A stretch of DNA of 64,000 nucleotides from Armatimonadota bacterium (GTDB lineage Bacteria > Armatimonadota > SYMT01). The stretch is taken from positions 20,911 through 84,910 of the forward strand of contig JAWLHY010000013.1 in assembly GCA_041690135.1 (NCBI GenBank). Direction: 5' to 3'. A program made the translations under genes and the position numbers. Below, one piece after another: positions 35,964-46,076 of the stretch. The notes beneath the pieces were generated by a model. It made no database searches. It saw only the letters and a list, made by a program, of their open reading frames with translations, and was not told where the DNA came from. Every line of letters starts with the position of its first letter. Position 1 is the stretch's first letter.

Positions 35964-36012
35964 CCGCCTACCGCCTTCTGCCTACTGCCTACTGCCCACT
36001 GCCCACTGCCTT
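35964..36012. repeat. 7x CTGCCTA-type heptamer tandem repeat
   Basis: ccgccta ccgcctt ctgccta ctgccta ctgccca ctgccca ctgcctt, between convergent genes. Confidence 0.85.
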
Positions 36013-36017
36013 CATCC

Positions 36018-37757
36018 TTACCTGAGCGGTAAGTTCGTGATCACGATCCGTCCCCCTCCGCGGGCGACCTCGTAGTATGGCTGCGGGAAGTCGCCGGGAC
36101 GATCCAGCGGTTTCTGCGGGTCGGTAAAGAGCAGGTAACGACGATCTCCGTGCGTCCAGTCCTGCTGGAAACGGTCGCGCTTCACGAACAGCCGGCTGAT
36201 ATCACGCTTCAGGTAGGTGGGCGGGATGAAACCGGGCGGCTCCAGCAGGAGGATCTTCCGCTGAAGGTAGTAGTCGAGCACACCGCACTGCTGGTATTCC
36301 TCGCCGGCTTCATAGGCAATCTCGCTCTCGGCCAGCAGCGCGGGATCGAGGCCGCGGATCAAGGGCCGGGCACCTACCAGGGGCTCGGCCGCAGAGAGGC
36401 CGCGTGCGGCACAGGCTCCGAAAACAAGGAAGGTCCCCGCCACGACGACCAGGCCGGCAGCAATCTTTCCCCGGAGAACCAGCGCCAGGGAAAAAAGGCC
36501 ACCCAGAGCTACCGCGGCCATCGTGAATCGAGCGAGCGGCGTCATGGTGCCGGCAACTTCGGACGGGACGTAGGAGTTGAGCAATACGGGCGCTGCGGTG
36601 AACCCGAGGGCGCCCAGCAGAAGCAGGGATCCGGGCAAAAAGAGGAGCCAGCGTTGCGGTGGGTGGCCGCCGGCAGCCTTTTCCTGGAGGTGCGCGCAGT
36701 AGTTACCCACCAGCAGTGCCGCGGCGGGCACCGCGGGGATGAAGTGATGCTCCAGGCGGCCCATGGCGCTGGAAAAGAAGAGAAAGATGGCGCCGAACCA
36801 GGTTAGCGGTAGCCAGTCCACGGCGGTCCCTGCGGCCCGGGCATGCCGGACCTGGAGGAGCCAGGCGGCCGGTAGCAGAAGGACCCACGGAAACAGTCGC
36901 GCCGTGAAAACCGGCCAGGTGAACCAGAGCGGGTGCGGAATGTGGTCGCGCGGGAACTTTCGGTCGAAGAATACCAGGAAGTGCTGGTTCACCACGTAGT
37001 CCCACCAGAACCCTTCGTTAACCACTCCAGCGGCGAGGTGCCAGGGCAGAACCAGGGCGGCCGCGAGGAGCAGCCCGGGCCAGCGCAAGTAGTATCGCAC
37101 CTCTCCCGTCTCGCGTGCCAGCAGGAGGGCGGGGGCGAATGCCAGCACCGGAAGGGCAAGGCCCAACAGGCCTTTGGTCATTACGGCGACCCCCACCCCA
37201 CCCCACAGGGCCGCCATTCCCACCGGGTCGCGCCGTTCTTCGGCTTGGCGGATGCGCACCACTCCCCAGAGGGTGAGGCAGAGCAGCACGGTCAGCAGCG
37301 CGTCGGGGCGCAGGGAACGGGCCTCCACCGTCGTCAGGCTCATGGTGAGGAAGATGGCTGTGGACCAAAGGCCCGCTGCCGGTTTCCAGAGCCGGCGCCC
37401 CAGGTCGTACAGGAGCAAGAGGGTAAAGAGCGTGGCCAGGCCGGACACCGACCTTGCGGCCTCCGTGAAGCCCGCTAGCCGGAAGACGCCGGCCGTGAGC
37501 CAGAACATCAACGGCGGCTTGTTGAGGAACACCTCTCCGTTCATGTGCGGGGTCAACCAATCACCCGTAAGCAGCATCTCCCGGGCGACTTCGGCGTAGC
37601 GGCCCTCGTTATCGTAGAACCCCGGCTGCTCGAGACCCACAAAGAAGAGCAGCGCACCGAGAAGGCAGAATGTGGCCAACCAGGCCGCTGGCGAGGCTGT
37701 GGCGAGGTGCGCCCACTTCCCCAGCCTCGGCTTTTCCGGGAGTTTAGTAGCCATCAT
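36018..37757 (-). CDS. ArnT/GT39-like glycosyltransferase
   Basis: EGRYAEVAREML..GDW..P..NG....KPPL..W, TKG, many TM. Confidence 0.9.
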   Translation of the reverse strand: MMATKLPEKPRLGKWAHLATASPAAWLATFCLLGALLFFVGLEQPGFYDNEGRYAEVAREMLLTGDWLTPHMNGEVFLNKPPLMFWLTAGVFRLAGFTEAARSVSGLATLFTLLLLYDLGRRLWKPAAGLWSTAIFLTMSLTTVEARSLRPDALLTVLLCLTLWGVVRIRQAEERRDPVGMAALWGGVGVAVMTKGLLGLALPVLAFAPALLLARETGEVRYYLRWPGLLLAAALVLPWHLAAGVVNEGFWWDYVVNQHFLVFFDRKFPRDHIPHPLWFTWPVFTARLFPWVLLLPAAWLLQVRHARAAGTAVDWLPLTWFGAIFLFFSSAMGRLEHHFIPAVPAAALLVGNYCAHLQEKAAGGHPPQRWLLFLPGSLLLLGALGFTAAPVLLNSYVPSEVAGTMTPLARFTMAAVALGGLFSLALVLRGKIAAGLVVVAGTFLVFGACAARGLSAAEPLVGARPLIRGLDPALLAESEIAYEAGEEYQQCGVLDYYLQRKILLLEPPGFIPPTYLKRDISRLFVKRDRFQQDWTHGDRRYLLFTDPQKPLDRPGDFPQPYYEVARGGGRIVITNLPLR

Positions 37758-38760
37758 GCGTTGCCCCCCTCCGGTGCGACTTGCCCGCGACATCCGGGAG
37801 GCCGGCGCGCTCGGCTACCATGCTTTCTCCTGCCAGCAGCAGCGCCGCTCCCCCTGCGAGAGAAGCCAGGATCGCCATAGCTGCCCACGCCAGGCCGAAG
37901 GCGATCGCCGCCTCCGGTCCCACTCCCACCAGCGGGAATAGCGCGGCGAGGGCCCATTCCCGGACGCCCAGGCCGTTGACCGTAAGCGGTGCCATGGAAG
38001 CCAGCGAAACGAGGGGACAGAGGACCGCATAGAACAGGGGCGCGGGCGGAAGGCCCAGGGCACGGCCCAGCAACACATACACCGCCACGGCGAGGGTTTG
38101 GAACACCAGCGCGAGCCCGAGGGAAAGGAAAAGGCCGCCGGGTCGCTTCCAGCATTCCAGAACGCGTGCGGGGAGTCCGCTTCCCTCCCCCGCAGGTCGC
38201 GCCAGGAAGGGCGTGAGAAAGCCCAGGGTCAGCACCGCGCACGTGATGATGACCGCCGGGCGCAGGCCGGGCGGGAGCGGTAGCGACGTGCCGGCGGCGG
38301 CCAGGGTGGCGATCCAGGCCATGGCCAGCACCCCGGTCCCGCGGTCCGCGAGCACGGAGATCGCCGCCGACGTCGGCTCTCCGTTTTCCCGGGACAGCTT
38401 CAAAGTTCGGTAGGCGTCACCCCCGACCGTGGTCGGCAGGAAGAGTGAAACGAACATCCCCGCCAGGTAGTTCAACCAGTAGAAGCGGAAGGGCTGTCGA
38501 AAGCCCAGCAAGCGGCCCAGCACACTCCACTTCCACGCGCAAACCGTCTGTCCTACCAGGTAGGTGGCAAGTGCCAGCAGGAACCACGGCAGGGATACCC
38601 GGGCGAGGCAGTCCCCCACTCGCTCCAGGCTTCCACGTGAAGCCAGCCAACCCAGGAGAAGGGTGCTGATCGCCCCCTTGATCAGGAATCGGACGACCCC
38701 GCCCGGCTTCCACGTCGCGAGCCGGTCACCCTCTGGAAATCCAGGAAGGGCGACTTTCAC
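37744..38760 (-). CDS. Lysylphosphatidylglycerol synthase TM (flippase-like) protein
   Basis: KW..L, F....LP..VGGD.YR, DR, P....GLGVRE motifs. Confidence 0.88.
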   Translation of the reverse strand: MKVALPGFPEGDRLATWKPGGVVRFLIKGAISTLLLGWLASRGSLERVGDCLARVSLPWFLLALATYLVGQTVCAWKWSVLGRLLGFRQPFRFYWLNYLAGMFVSLFLPTTVGGDAYRTLKLSRENGEPTSAAISVLADRGTGVLAMAWIATLAAAGTSLPLPPGLRPAVIITCAVLTLGFLTPFLARPAGEGSGLPARVLECWKRPGGLFLSLGLALVFQTLAVAVYVLLGRALGLPPAPLFYAVLCPLVSLASMAPLTVNGLGVREWALAALFPLVGVGPEAAIAFGLAWAAMAILASLAGGAALLLAGESMVAERAGLPDVAGKSHRRGATHDGY

Positions 38761-39770
38761 ACTTTCACCCTACCCCGCGGGAACGCACGTGCCGGGAGCG
38801 TCCGGCGGCCCTGGGCCGGCGGCTGAGTCGGGCCTCCGGTCCGGAGGCGAAACACCCCGCTCCGCTGGGCCGTCACCCAGCGCCACAGCCCGGTGCGCAC
38901 GCACATGGCATAGGCGGCCACGAGAGCTGAGACCCCCAACAGAACGCACGCCACGACCGGATGGCTCCCGAGTGACATCCCCGCACCGGAACCCAGCACC
39001 AATGCCGACCCCAACAGTAGATGCGTGCAGAGCAGGGCGCGGCGAAGATTGCCCCGCAGGATGAAAGGGAGGGTCAGGAGATCCCGGACGACCGCCCAGA
39101 ACCGGCCCAGACCGTAGTGGCTTTCGCCGGTCCTCCGGGGGCGGTGTGCTACTTCGACCTGGGCGAACTCCTCCCGACGGACACCGAAAACGGCCGGTAG
39201 GAACCGGTGCATCCCCGGAGGCAAATAAGTTCCTTTGACGACCTCGCTTCGATAGGCTTTAAGGCTACAGCCGTTGTCTTTCGAAGGCAGTCCGGTCAGA
39301 AGGGCGATCAGCGCATTGGCCGTCAGCGACGGAAGTACGCGGGTCAACCAGCCGAGGGCGGTGCACTTCGCCTCGCTGCGTCGCTTTCTCCAACCGCTGA
39401 CGACCCGATAACTACCCTCTTCCAGCAGATCCACCAGGCGCGGAAGATCGGCGGGATCGTTTTGCAGGTCCCCGTCCAATGAGAGGATGATCGCCCCGCG
39501 TGCCGCCTCGAATCCGGCAGTAAGAGCGGCTGCCTGGCCGAAGTTGCGCTCGAGGTGGAGCGCTCGGACGGTGGTGTCGGTCTCCTCGAGCCGGTCGAGG
39601 CGCTCCGCGGTGCGGTCGGAACTGCCGTCATCCACCAGGATGATCTCGTAGAGCCTCCCGGTAGGTGCGAGCGCCTGATGGATCTCCGCTACCAGCGGAC
39701 AGAGGTTGCCCTCTTCATTGTGGAGCGGCACGACGACGGTGAGGTCGGGTAGCAAAGGCTGGTCGGGCAT
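38757..39770 (-). CDS. Glycosyltransferase family 2 (ArnC/DPM-like)
   Basis: VVVP.HNEE, VDDGSSD, RNFGQ.AA, DGDLQNDP, HRF.P, HRPR..G.S.Y. Confidence 0.92.
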   Translation of the reverse strand: MPDQPLLPDLTVVVPLHNEEGNLCPLVAEIHQALAPTGRLYEIILVDDGSSDRTAERLDRLEETDTTVRALHLERNFGQAAALTAGFEAARGAIILSLDGDLQNDPADLPRLVDLLEEGSYRVVSGWRKRRSEAKCTALGWLTRVLPSLTANALIALLTGLPSKDNGCSLKAYRSEVVKGTYLPPGMHRFLPAVFGVRREEFAQVEVAHRPRRTGESHYGLGRFWAVVRDLLTLPFILRGNLRRALLCTHLLLGSALVLGSGAGMSLGSHPVVACVLLGVSALVAAYAMCVRTGLWRWVTAQRSGVFRLRTGGPTQPPAQGRRTLPARAFPRGRVKV

Positions 39771-39947
39771 CTTGTGATGAGGACGGCCTGCAGCGCCAGT
39801 TCACCCAATCTTCCCGCGTAACACGAAGTACAAACGGCACCTGCACCATCCGGCATCGAGCCCGCTTCGGGAAACGGGCGCCGCATGCCGAAACTACATG
39901 GTGGGGCTGCCGATGGTCGGTGGCGCGCCGCCTCCACTGGACACCCG

Positions 39948-40604
39948 ATGATCCGCTCTCCCTGGCTTCCCTATGCCGCCCCGCTGGCCGTTTTCATCCT
40001 CCTCACCTCCCTGGAATCGACTTTCCCTCGTTCCGCCTATCCATGGGTGTATGCCGGCAAGATCCTGCTGGTGACGGTTGCCGCCGCGCTCGCACGCGAG
40101 GTGTGGCGCGATCTGCGGTTCAAAGCGCGGGATCTTCTGCCCGCGATTCTCGTGGGGGTGGGGGTCTGCGTGCTGTGGGTAGGTCTCGATCGGTGGCCCG
40201 GGTATCCCCATCTGGGCACTCGCCAGGCCTTCAACCCCTTTGAGGTAATCCCCGACCCGGCGCAGCGGACGCTTTTCCTGGCGGCGCGCTTCTACGGGCT
40301 GGTGCTGTTGGTGCCGCTGATCGAGGAGATCTTCTACCGGAATTTCCTGCTGCGTTACCTCTCCACCCGGGAGGACTTCCGCGACCGGGAGCCGTCCCGG
40401 TTCACCATGGAGGCCGCGCTCATCTCCGGGGCTGTGTTCGCCTGCTCCCATCCGGAGTGGCTGGCGGCCGCGGTCACGGCAGCCGCCTACACCGGGCTCC
40501 TTGCCTGGCGCCGAAACGTCCTCGCTTGCATCGTGGCGCACGGGGTAACCAACCTCTGCCTGGGCGGTTACGTGCTGCTGACGGGGGAGTGGAAATACTG
40601 GTAG
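39948..40604 (+). CDS. CAAX prenyl protease-related protein (exosortase/PEP-CTERM-associated type)
   Basis: VP..EE.FYR.FL.RY, F...H, CIVAHGVTN..LG.YVL..G.W.YW. Confidence 0.85.
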   Translation: MIRSPWLPYAAPLAVFILLTSLESTFPRSAYPWVYAGKILLVTVAAALAREVWRDLRFKARDLLPAILVGVGVCVLWVGLDRWPGYPHLGTRQAFNPFEVIPDPAQRTLFLAARFYGLVLLVPLIEEIFYRNFLLRYLSTREDFRDREPSRFTMEAALISGAVFACSHPEWLAAAVTAAAYTGLLAWRRNVLACIVAHGVTNLCLGGYVLLTGEWKYW

Positions 40605-40734
40605 GTTTGGCTCCGCTCCGGCCGGTACCAAGGTACACGCATCAGTCTTAGCCATATTCGAGGGAACCTCGAAGTGGCGAAGTTCAGTCTGTCATGAGGA
40701 CCATCGTCGCAGTACGGTCCTTGTGGAGAGTCTT

Positions 40735-41682
40735 ATGCGTGGGGAATTCCCCGAGATCCGGCGCAATCCCGTCGCCTTCCTGGCCGGTGGCGCGCTATTC
40801 TGTATACTGGCGGGCTCCGCTTTTCTGATCACCCGTACCCTCGTGCCGGGTACCGCTCCGACGGCCGTGGAAGTGGCCAGTTCCCACGGACCCATGTCGC
40901 TGCCACACGCCCAGGCAGTGCCGGCAGCACCGCGAGTCGAGGTTTCCCCGACTGCCGGGGAGGCGATTCCGGAAGTCCGGATTCGCACGGCGCCCCAGCC
41001 CACGCCGGAGCCGCCCGGCGAGGAAGAGACGCCGATCCTCGCTCCCGAAGTTAAGATCTCCGACCGCCGGGAGGAGATTCGGGCCATCATTGAAGGGGTT
41101 TCGAAGTCCGAAGGGCCGTCGTCACCGATCGCGTCTCCGGCGCGGAAACCGGAGCGATCGACACCGCCGGACCCACAACGCCGGATAATCGGCGAGCCGC
41201 CTGTGCCCGTCGCGCCTGTTCCCGCGACCACGGGAAGCCCGCTCCTGGTCCAGCCGCCGAGCGAGCCGGAGGTGGTCCCGGCGCCCGCGCCTCCCGCACC
41301 TTCGCGCCCCCGCCTTCGCTCGCGGCTGCGGGAAGCGGAGCGGCGTGAAGCCCGCCTTCCGCAGGGGCGACTTTCGCTCTACTTCGACGCGGACAGCAGC
41401 ACCTTCAGTCGTTCCGGCGACCGGATGCCGCTTGCCGTGGAAGTGTGGGTGGACGGCGTGTTGAAACTACGGTCCGGCGATCCGGAGAAGCGGGACTTCG
41501 ACCTCGGGCGACTGCCGGCGGGCTGGCACGAGGTGGAAGTGGTGCCGCACGTCGGCGACCTGCCCACGCAGTCGCGGCGCCGCTCCGTGCGGATTGCAGA
41601 GGACGAGACCGTCAGCTATCGCGTGGTCCTGCGCCGCGAGGACGGGATGGCATGCATCTCCAAGTTCAAAATGGTAGATTGA
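40735..41682 (+). CDS. Hypothetical membrane-anchored protein with Pro-rich linker and C-terminal beta domain
   Basis: N-terminal TM, Pro/Glu-rich stalk, VWVDG...LPAG.HEV (PEGA-like). Confidence 0.7.
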   Translation: MRGEFPEIRRNPVAFLAGGALFCILAGSAFLITRTLVPGTAPTAVEVASSHGPMSLPHAQAVPAAPRVEVSPTAGEAIPEVRIRTAPQPTPEPPGEEETPILAPEVKISDRREEIRAIIEGVSKSEGPSSPIASPARKPERSTPPDPQRRIIGEPPVPVAPVPATTGSPLLVQPPSEPEVVPAPAPPAPSRPRLRSRLREAERREARLPQGRLSLYFDADSSTFSRSGDRMPLAVEVWVDGVLKLRSGDPEKRDFDLGRLPAGWHEVEVVPHVGDLPTQSRRRSVRIAEDETVSYRVVLRREDGMACISKFKMVD

Positions 41683-41692
41683 CGCCCGACAC

Positions 41693-42448
41693 CTAGCGCG
41701 AGCGTCCCTTCTCCCGCGATGGCGTTTCCACTACGGGAATGGGACGCGGTCGCGCGATCTGCATCCCCACGATCCCTCCGGGGCGGGCGGCGAGCTCGGA
41801 CCAGGGCACTTTCAGGAACTCATGGGAGTGGGCGTGGGGACTGGAGGCGAGATACCTGTCCGCCATCTTCCGCATGGCGGCGTGGTAAAGCTCGCGGGAA
41901 TGCCCGTGTGCGAAGTTCTTACCGGGGAAACGCCGGATATCCCCGTTAAACAGTGGGCTGATGTGGAACAGTTCGTGGATGATCGTCGCGAGCTTTTCGT
42001 GGTAGTCGGTCTCGTCGTGGAAGCGCGGCAGCATGAAGTAGAGGATGTAGAGCGCTTCCTCCTCCTCCAGCGTCCGCACCACCGGCATCTGATAGCGCTG
42101 CCCCCGGTGGAGCATCTCCCGGGCGCCCCCTTCGAACCGCAGCGGAAAACAGGAAGCGTAGGTCCCGTGCTTGCTCTGCTGCCGGGCCTGGGCAAACGCG
42201 ACCAGCACCCGTGCCAGGTCGACGTGCCGGAACTCCTCCATCGTGTCCACGATGTCGACCACCACCTCGCGGATAGCGTTCGTATAATGGAACGCCTGGG
42301 GTTTCGCCGGCTTCTCCGTGGAAGTACGCGGTTCGGTGCCCTGACCCCGGGGGCCGGCCGAGGCGCTGGATTTCTCTCGCGGCTGAGGCTTGGGGCCAGG
42401 GGGAGTTTTCCCCAGGCCCAGATCGAGATGCAGCTGGTCTTCAGTCAC
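41693..42448 (-). CDS. Putative zincin metallopeptidase
   Basis: TIIHELFH (HExxH), F.H.D..R, PRF motifs. Confidence 0.8.
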   Translation of the reverse strand: MTEDQLHLDLGLGKTPPGPKPQPREKSSASAGPRGQGTEPRTSTEKPAKPQAFHYTNAIREVVVDIVDTMEEFRHVDLARVLVAFAQARQQSKHGTYASCFPLRFEGGAREMLHRGQRYQMPVVRTLEEEEALYILYFMLPRFHDETDYHEKLATIIHELFHISPLFNGDIRRFPGKNFAHGHSRELYHAAMRKMADRYLASSPHAHSHEFLKVPWSELAARPGGIVGMQIARPRPIPVVETPSREKGRSR

Positions 42449-42495
42449 AACGTCTCTTTACGGCGGTTTACTTCGCTACCGTCGACCGCGCGGAG

Positions 42496-43866
42496 CTACA
42501 CGATGGCGCCCGCGGAGCGGAGTGCCTCCCGCAGCGCCTCCGCCGAGAGCTCGCGGGGAGTTACCATCTCCCGCAGCGCCAGCGCCGCCGCAGTACCCGC
42601 GGCTTCTCCGGTCGCGTAGCACGGGGGAATGACCCGGGCGGAAGCGGCACCCTCGTGCGTCGCCGACAGGCAGCGTCCGGCGACGAGCAGGTTGTCCACC
42701 TCCAACGGCACCAGGCAGCGATAGGGAATCTCGTACCAGTTCCGCTGATTCTCCTGCGGTCCCTTCAAGACTCCCCGCGTTCCAGTGGGATCGTGGATGT
42801 CGATCGGGTAGGCGCAGCGGGCAATGGTATCCGGGAAGGTCGCTCCCTGTAGCACGTCCTCTCCGGTGAGAACGTACTCGCCGATAATGTGGCGGGTCTC
42901 CCGGATTCCGATCTGCGCGCCCGTGTCGAGCAACTGTACGTTTTCACAGCCGGGGCAGTACTCCCGGAGGAAGCGCACCACCTCCCCTACCTGGCGGCGC
43001 CCCACCAGCTCGGCGCGCGAAAGGTCATCGGGATTGGTGCCGTCGATGTCGTGCAGGCGGGTGGTATTGACCCGGTACTCGCCGGCCCGCGGCTCCCGGT
43101 AGAGGTTCATGTACTCCCGCGGGATGCGCCACTTGCCCTCGGCCTTTGCCTTCTGGACGAGGCACTCGAAGAGGCGCTCTCCCGGGTGGATCCGCCGGTG
43201 TTCTTCCATCCAGGCGGCCAGGCGCTCATCGTCCACGTTGCCGATGCGGAAGAACATGGTGGCCGGCATCATCTTGCCGTCCGACCGCCCCACGCTGAAG
43301 GGCGCCCCCGCACGGACGGAAACATCGCCGTCCGCGGATGTGTCGATGACGATCCGGGCGGGCAGCGCCTTCAGACCCCCTTTGTCCAGGACCACGGCCC
43401 CGGCAAGCACGTCATCCTGCCGCAGCACGTCCACGAACCAGGTGTGGAACCGATGCCGGACCCCCGCCTCGGCGGTCATCTCCAGAGCGGCGAGCTTCAG
43501 GGCCTCCGCATGGAACGGGGTCACGTGCGCGTGGCCGTACTCGATGAACCCCGCATGCGCGTCCCCGGCTTCCGTTTGCGAAGGGTCGATGGCCCCTCCG
43601 AGCGCGACCATCCGGTCGACCATCTCCTGGAAGATACCGGCGATGATCTGCTCCCGGCCGTCGGCGCTGTAGGCGGTCATGAACGGCCCCACCAGACCGG
43701 CCGTGGAGGTGCCGCCCAGGAAACCGTACCGCTCCACCAGGGTGACGACGGCACCGTGGCGCGCGGCGGCCGTGGCCGCTGCGATGCCGGAGGAGCCGCC
43801 CCCGATGACGAGAACATCCGTCTGCGGCTCCACCGGAACGTCGTAACTCAGGTTGATCGTGGCCAT
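42496..43866 (-). CDS. FAD-dependent oxidoreductase (FAD_oxidored family)
   Basis: GGGSSG.AAA..AAR.G, DTSADGD, GIRETR, Y.IPYR.L.P, GRC.S, GEAAG.AA. Confidence 0.92.
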   Translation of the reverse strand: MATINLSYDVPVEPQTDVLVIGGGSSGIAAATAAARHGAVVTLVERYGFLGGTSTAGLVGPFMTAYSADGREQIIAGIFQEMVDRMVALGGAIDPSQTEAGDAHAGFIEYGHAHVTPFHAEALKLAALEMTAEAGVRHRFHTWFVDVLRQDDVLAGAVVLDKGGLKALPARIVIDTSADGDVSVRAGAPFSVGRSDGKMMPATMFFRIGNVDDERLAAWMEEHRRIHPGERLFECLVQKAKAEGKWRIPREYMNLYREPRAGEYRVNTTRLHDIDGTNPDDLSRAELVGRRQVGEVVRFLREYCPGCENVQLLDTGAQIGIRETRHIIGEYVLTGEDVLQGATFPDTIARCAYPIDIHDPTGTRGVLKGPQENQRNWYEIPYRCLVPLEVDNLLVAGRCLSATHEGAASARVIPPCYATGEAAGTAAALALREMVTPRELSAEALREALRSAGAIV

Positions 43867-43987
43867 TTAGGCGCTGAATTTCCCCACAAAGGTTCCCCAC
43901 AAAGGCAATCTCCGGCAGTTGTACTGCCGGAGATCGGTTCGCACGCAGTTGCACTGCGCCCTTTCGAGCGACAGCGCTAACGGCAGC

Positions 43988-45238
43988 TTAGGCGCCGAAC
44001 TTCTCCTGCACGCCCATATAGCTGGTCAGGATGTTCATCACGTCGAGGCCCCGGATGCGGCCGACGCCGCCCTGGCTGGCAACCGTTTCCCCGAAGCTGG
44101 CGGTGAGGTCCTTCCGGACGGGCGGTCCCCAGAAGAGGATCGGGCACGGCTCGCCCGTATGATCCCCGAAAGTGACCGGCGTAGAGTGATCGCCCGTGAC
44201 CATGATGACTACCTTGCCGCCCATCCCGTCGATGATCTGCTGGACCATGCGGTCGATCTTCTCGATGATGGCCACCTTACCCGCCGCGTTGCCGTCATGT
44301 CCGGCAACGTCAGGCCCCTTCACGTTGCAGAGCACAAAGTTGTGGTCCTGGAACGCATCGATAACGGCCTGTCCGATTGCGGTAGTATCCGTATCGAGGC
44401 TAGCGGTGGAGCCTTCGACGTTGATCACGTCCATCCCGAGATACTCGCCCAACCCTTTCACCAGGCCCACCTCCACGATACAGGCGCTCTTCACGCCCCG
44501 GCTCGCGTCGAACGGCGGGAGGTCCGGCGAGACTCCGATGCCGCGCGGCAGGGCCACGTTGGCGGGCGGAAGCCCGGCTTCCCGGCGCTTCACGTTGACG
44601 GGATGGTCCTTGAGGATCTCGTAGCTCTTGCGGACGAAAGTGTTCAGCACGCGGGCGGTCTTGGCGCTGGCAAAGTCGTTCTGAGAGGTGGCGTGCGCAT
44701 CCCAGACCTTCACTCCCTCCGCATGCGGGTCCACGTCGGAGACGTTGGCGCCCAGGCCGGGCCCGCGCATCACAAGCGCCGCGCGGTGGGCGATCGACTC
44801 CTTGAAGTAGCAGGTGACGTCCTCGATCTGCAGACCGTTCAGGGCCGCCGCCAACTCCTCCGTGCCTTCGGTGATCCGTCCGGCACGCCGGTCCTTCACA
44901 ATCAGGTCATCGTCCACGGTTGAGAAGTTGCAGCGGAAGGCGAGATCTCCGCGCTGCACGTCCATCCCGATCCCCAGGGCCTCGAAGGGGCCGCGGCCAG
45001 GATAGTACTTGTAGGGGTCGTACCCCAGGATCGCCAGGTGGCCGGTGTCGCTGCCGCCACGGATGCCGGGACCGATCGGGTCCAGAAGGCCCGTTTCGCC
45101 CTCGCTCGCGAGGCGGTCCAGGGTCGGGGTGTCGGCGGCCTCCAGCGGCGTCTTGTACCCGAGCTCCGGCACGGCTCGGTCGCCGAGGCCGTCGGCGATC
45201 AGAAGGAGAGCGGGATAGAGACTGGAGTTTGCTGCCAT
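43988..45238 (-). CDS. apgM: 2,3-BPG-independent phosphoglycerate mutase, archaeal type
   Basis: DGLGD, TPLE.A.TP, GSDTGHL..LGYDP, GRG.FEA.G, D..GHDG, TGDHSTP, H..P. Confidence 0.92.
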   Translation of the reverse strand: MAANSSLYPALLLIADGLGDRAVPELGYKTPLEAADTPTLDRLASEGETGLLDPIGPGIRGGSDTGHLAILGYDPYKYYPGRGPFEALGIGMDVQRGDLAFRCNFSTVDDDLIVKDRRAGRITEGTEELAAALNGLQIEDVTCYFKESIAHRAALVMRGPGLGANVSDVDPHAEGVKVWDAHATSQNDFASAKTARVLNTFVRKSYEILKDHPVNVKRREAGLPPANVALPRGIGVSPDLPPFDASRGVKSACIVEVGLVKGLGEYLGMDVINVEGSTASLDTDTTAIGQAVIDAFQDHNFVLCNVKGPDVAGHDGNAAGKVAIIEKIDRMVQQIIDGMGGKVVIMVTGDHSTPVTFGDHTGEPCPILFWGPPVRKDLTASFGETVASQGGVGRIRGLDVMNILTSYMGVQEKFGA

Positions 45239-45370
45239 AGTGAAGAAACTGTCCTTACCTGAAAACGGTACCTGAAATCGGAAGAGCCGGCGGGACCCAC
45301 CGGCCGCGCCACCCCAAATGGTAACCTAAGCCCCCGCCCGAGGTCACCCTCCCAACGAGAGCGCAAGAGT

Positions 45371-46075
45371 TTAAAGAAACGTGACCTCGCCAACCTGCGC
45401 AACCCGGAGCTGGCCATCGACCGTCCGGATTCGGAGCGCGCCGGTTTCGTCCACGCCTTCCGCGGTCCCTTGCAGGTCTGCGTAGCTCCAGTGGATACGC
45501 CGGCCGCGCGCGGCATCCAGGGTGTTCCAGGTCACGTGGAGCGTAGCGGGCGTAGGTTCGCGCAGCACCTGCCACCACCGGGCCAGGGCGTCCAGCACGG
45601 CCGCTTCCGCGTCGCGGATCGTAACGTCCGGCGCCAGGTCGGCCAGGTGGATGGCGCGCTGCGATAGCTCCTCATGCTCCGCCAGCGGGTTGAGGACATT
45701 CATCCCAATCCCCACGGCGACGAGGTTGAGAGAAGAGGACTCTACCAGAATGCCCGCGAGCTTCCGCCCTTGCAGCAGAACATCATTGGGCCACTTTACG
45801 CCGGCCGGCGCGCCCACGTTGCGCGCGGCGCTCGCCACTGCGATCCCGGCGGTCAACGAGGTCCAGCCGGCGCGCTCCGGATAGAACGGCAGGATGGCGG
45901 TCATCAACAGGGCGCCGGCGGGAGAATGCCACGACCGCCCCGGCCGGCCACGACCGGCGGTCTGCCGCCCGGCGACCAGTACGTCTCCAGGCCGCGCGGT
46001 TCCCTCCCGGATCCATTCCAGGGCCAGGTCGTTCGTGGAGCCAACCACATCCAATTGGGTGACGTGCCACTCCAT
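45371..46075 (-). CDS. birA: Biotin-[acetyl-CoA carboxylase] ligase (no HTH)
   Basis: STN, QTAGRGR.GR.W.S, KWPND, KLAGIL, GIG.N. Confidence 0.93.
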   Translation of the reverse strand: MEWHVTQLDVVGSTNDLALEWIREGTARPGDVLVAGRQTAGRGRPGRSWHSPAGALLMTAILPFYPERAGWTSLTAGIAVASAARNVGAPAGVKWPNDVLLQGRKLAGILVESSSLNLVAVGIGMNVLNPLAEHEELSQRAIHLADLAPDVTIRDAEAAVLDALARWWQVLREPTPATLHVTWNTLDAARGRRIHWSYADLQGTAEGVDETGALRIRTVDGQLRVAQVGEVTFL

Positions 46076-46076
46076 C

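Noticed and set aside
43988-45238. Archaeal horizontal transfer of apgM as a novelty
   Set aside because: ApgM-type mutases are common in many bacterial phyla and codon usage looks native.
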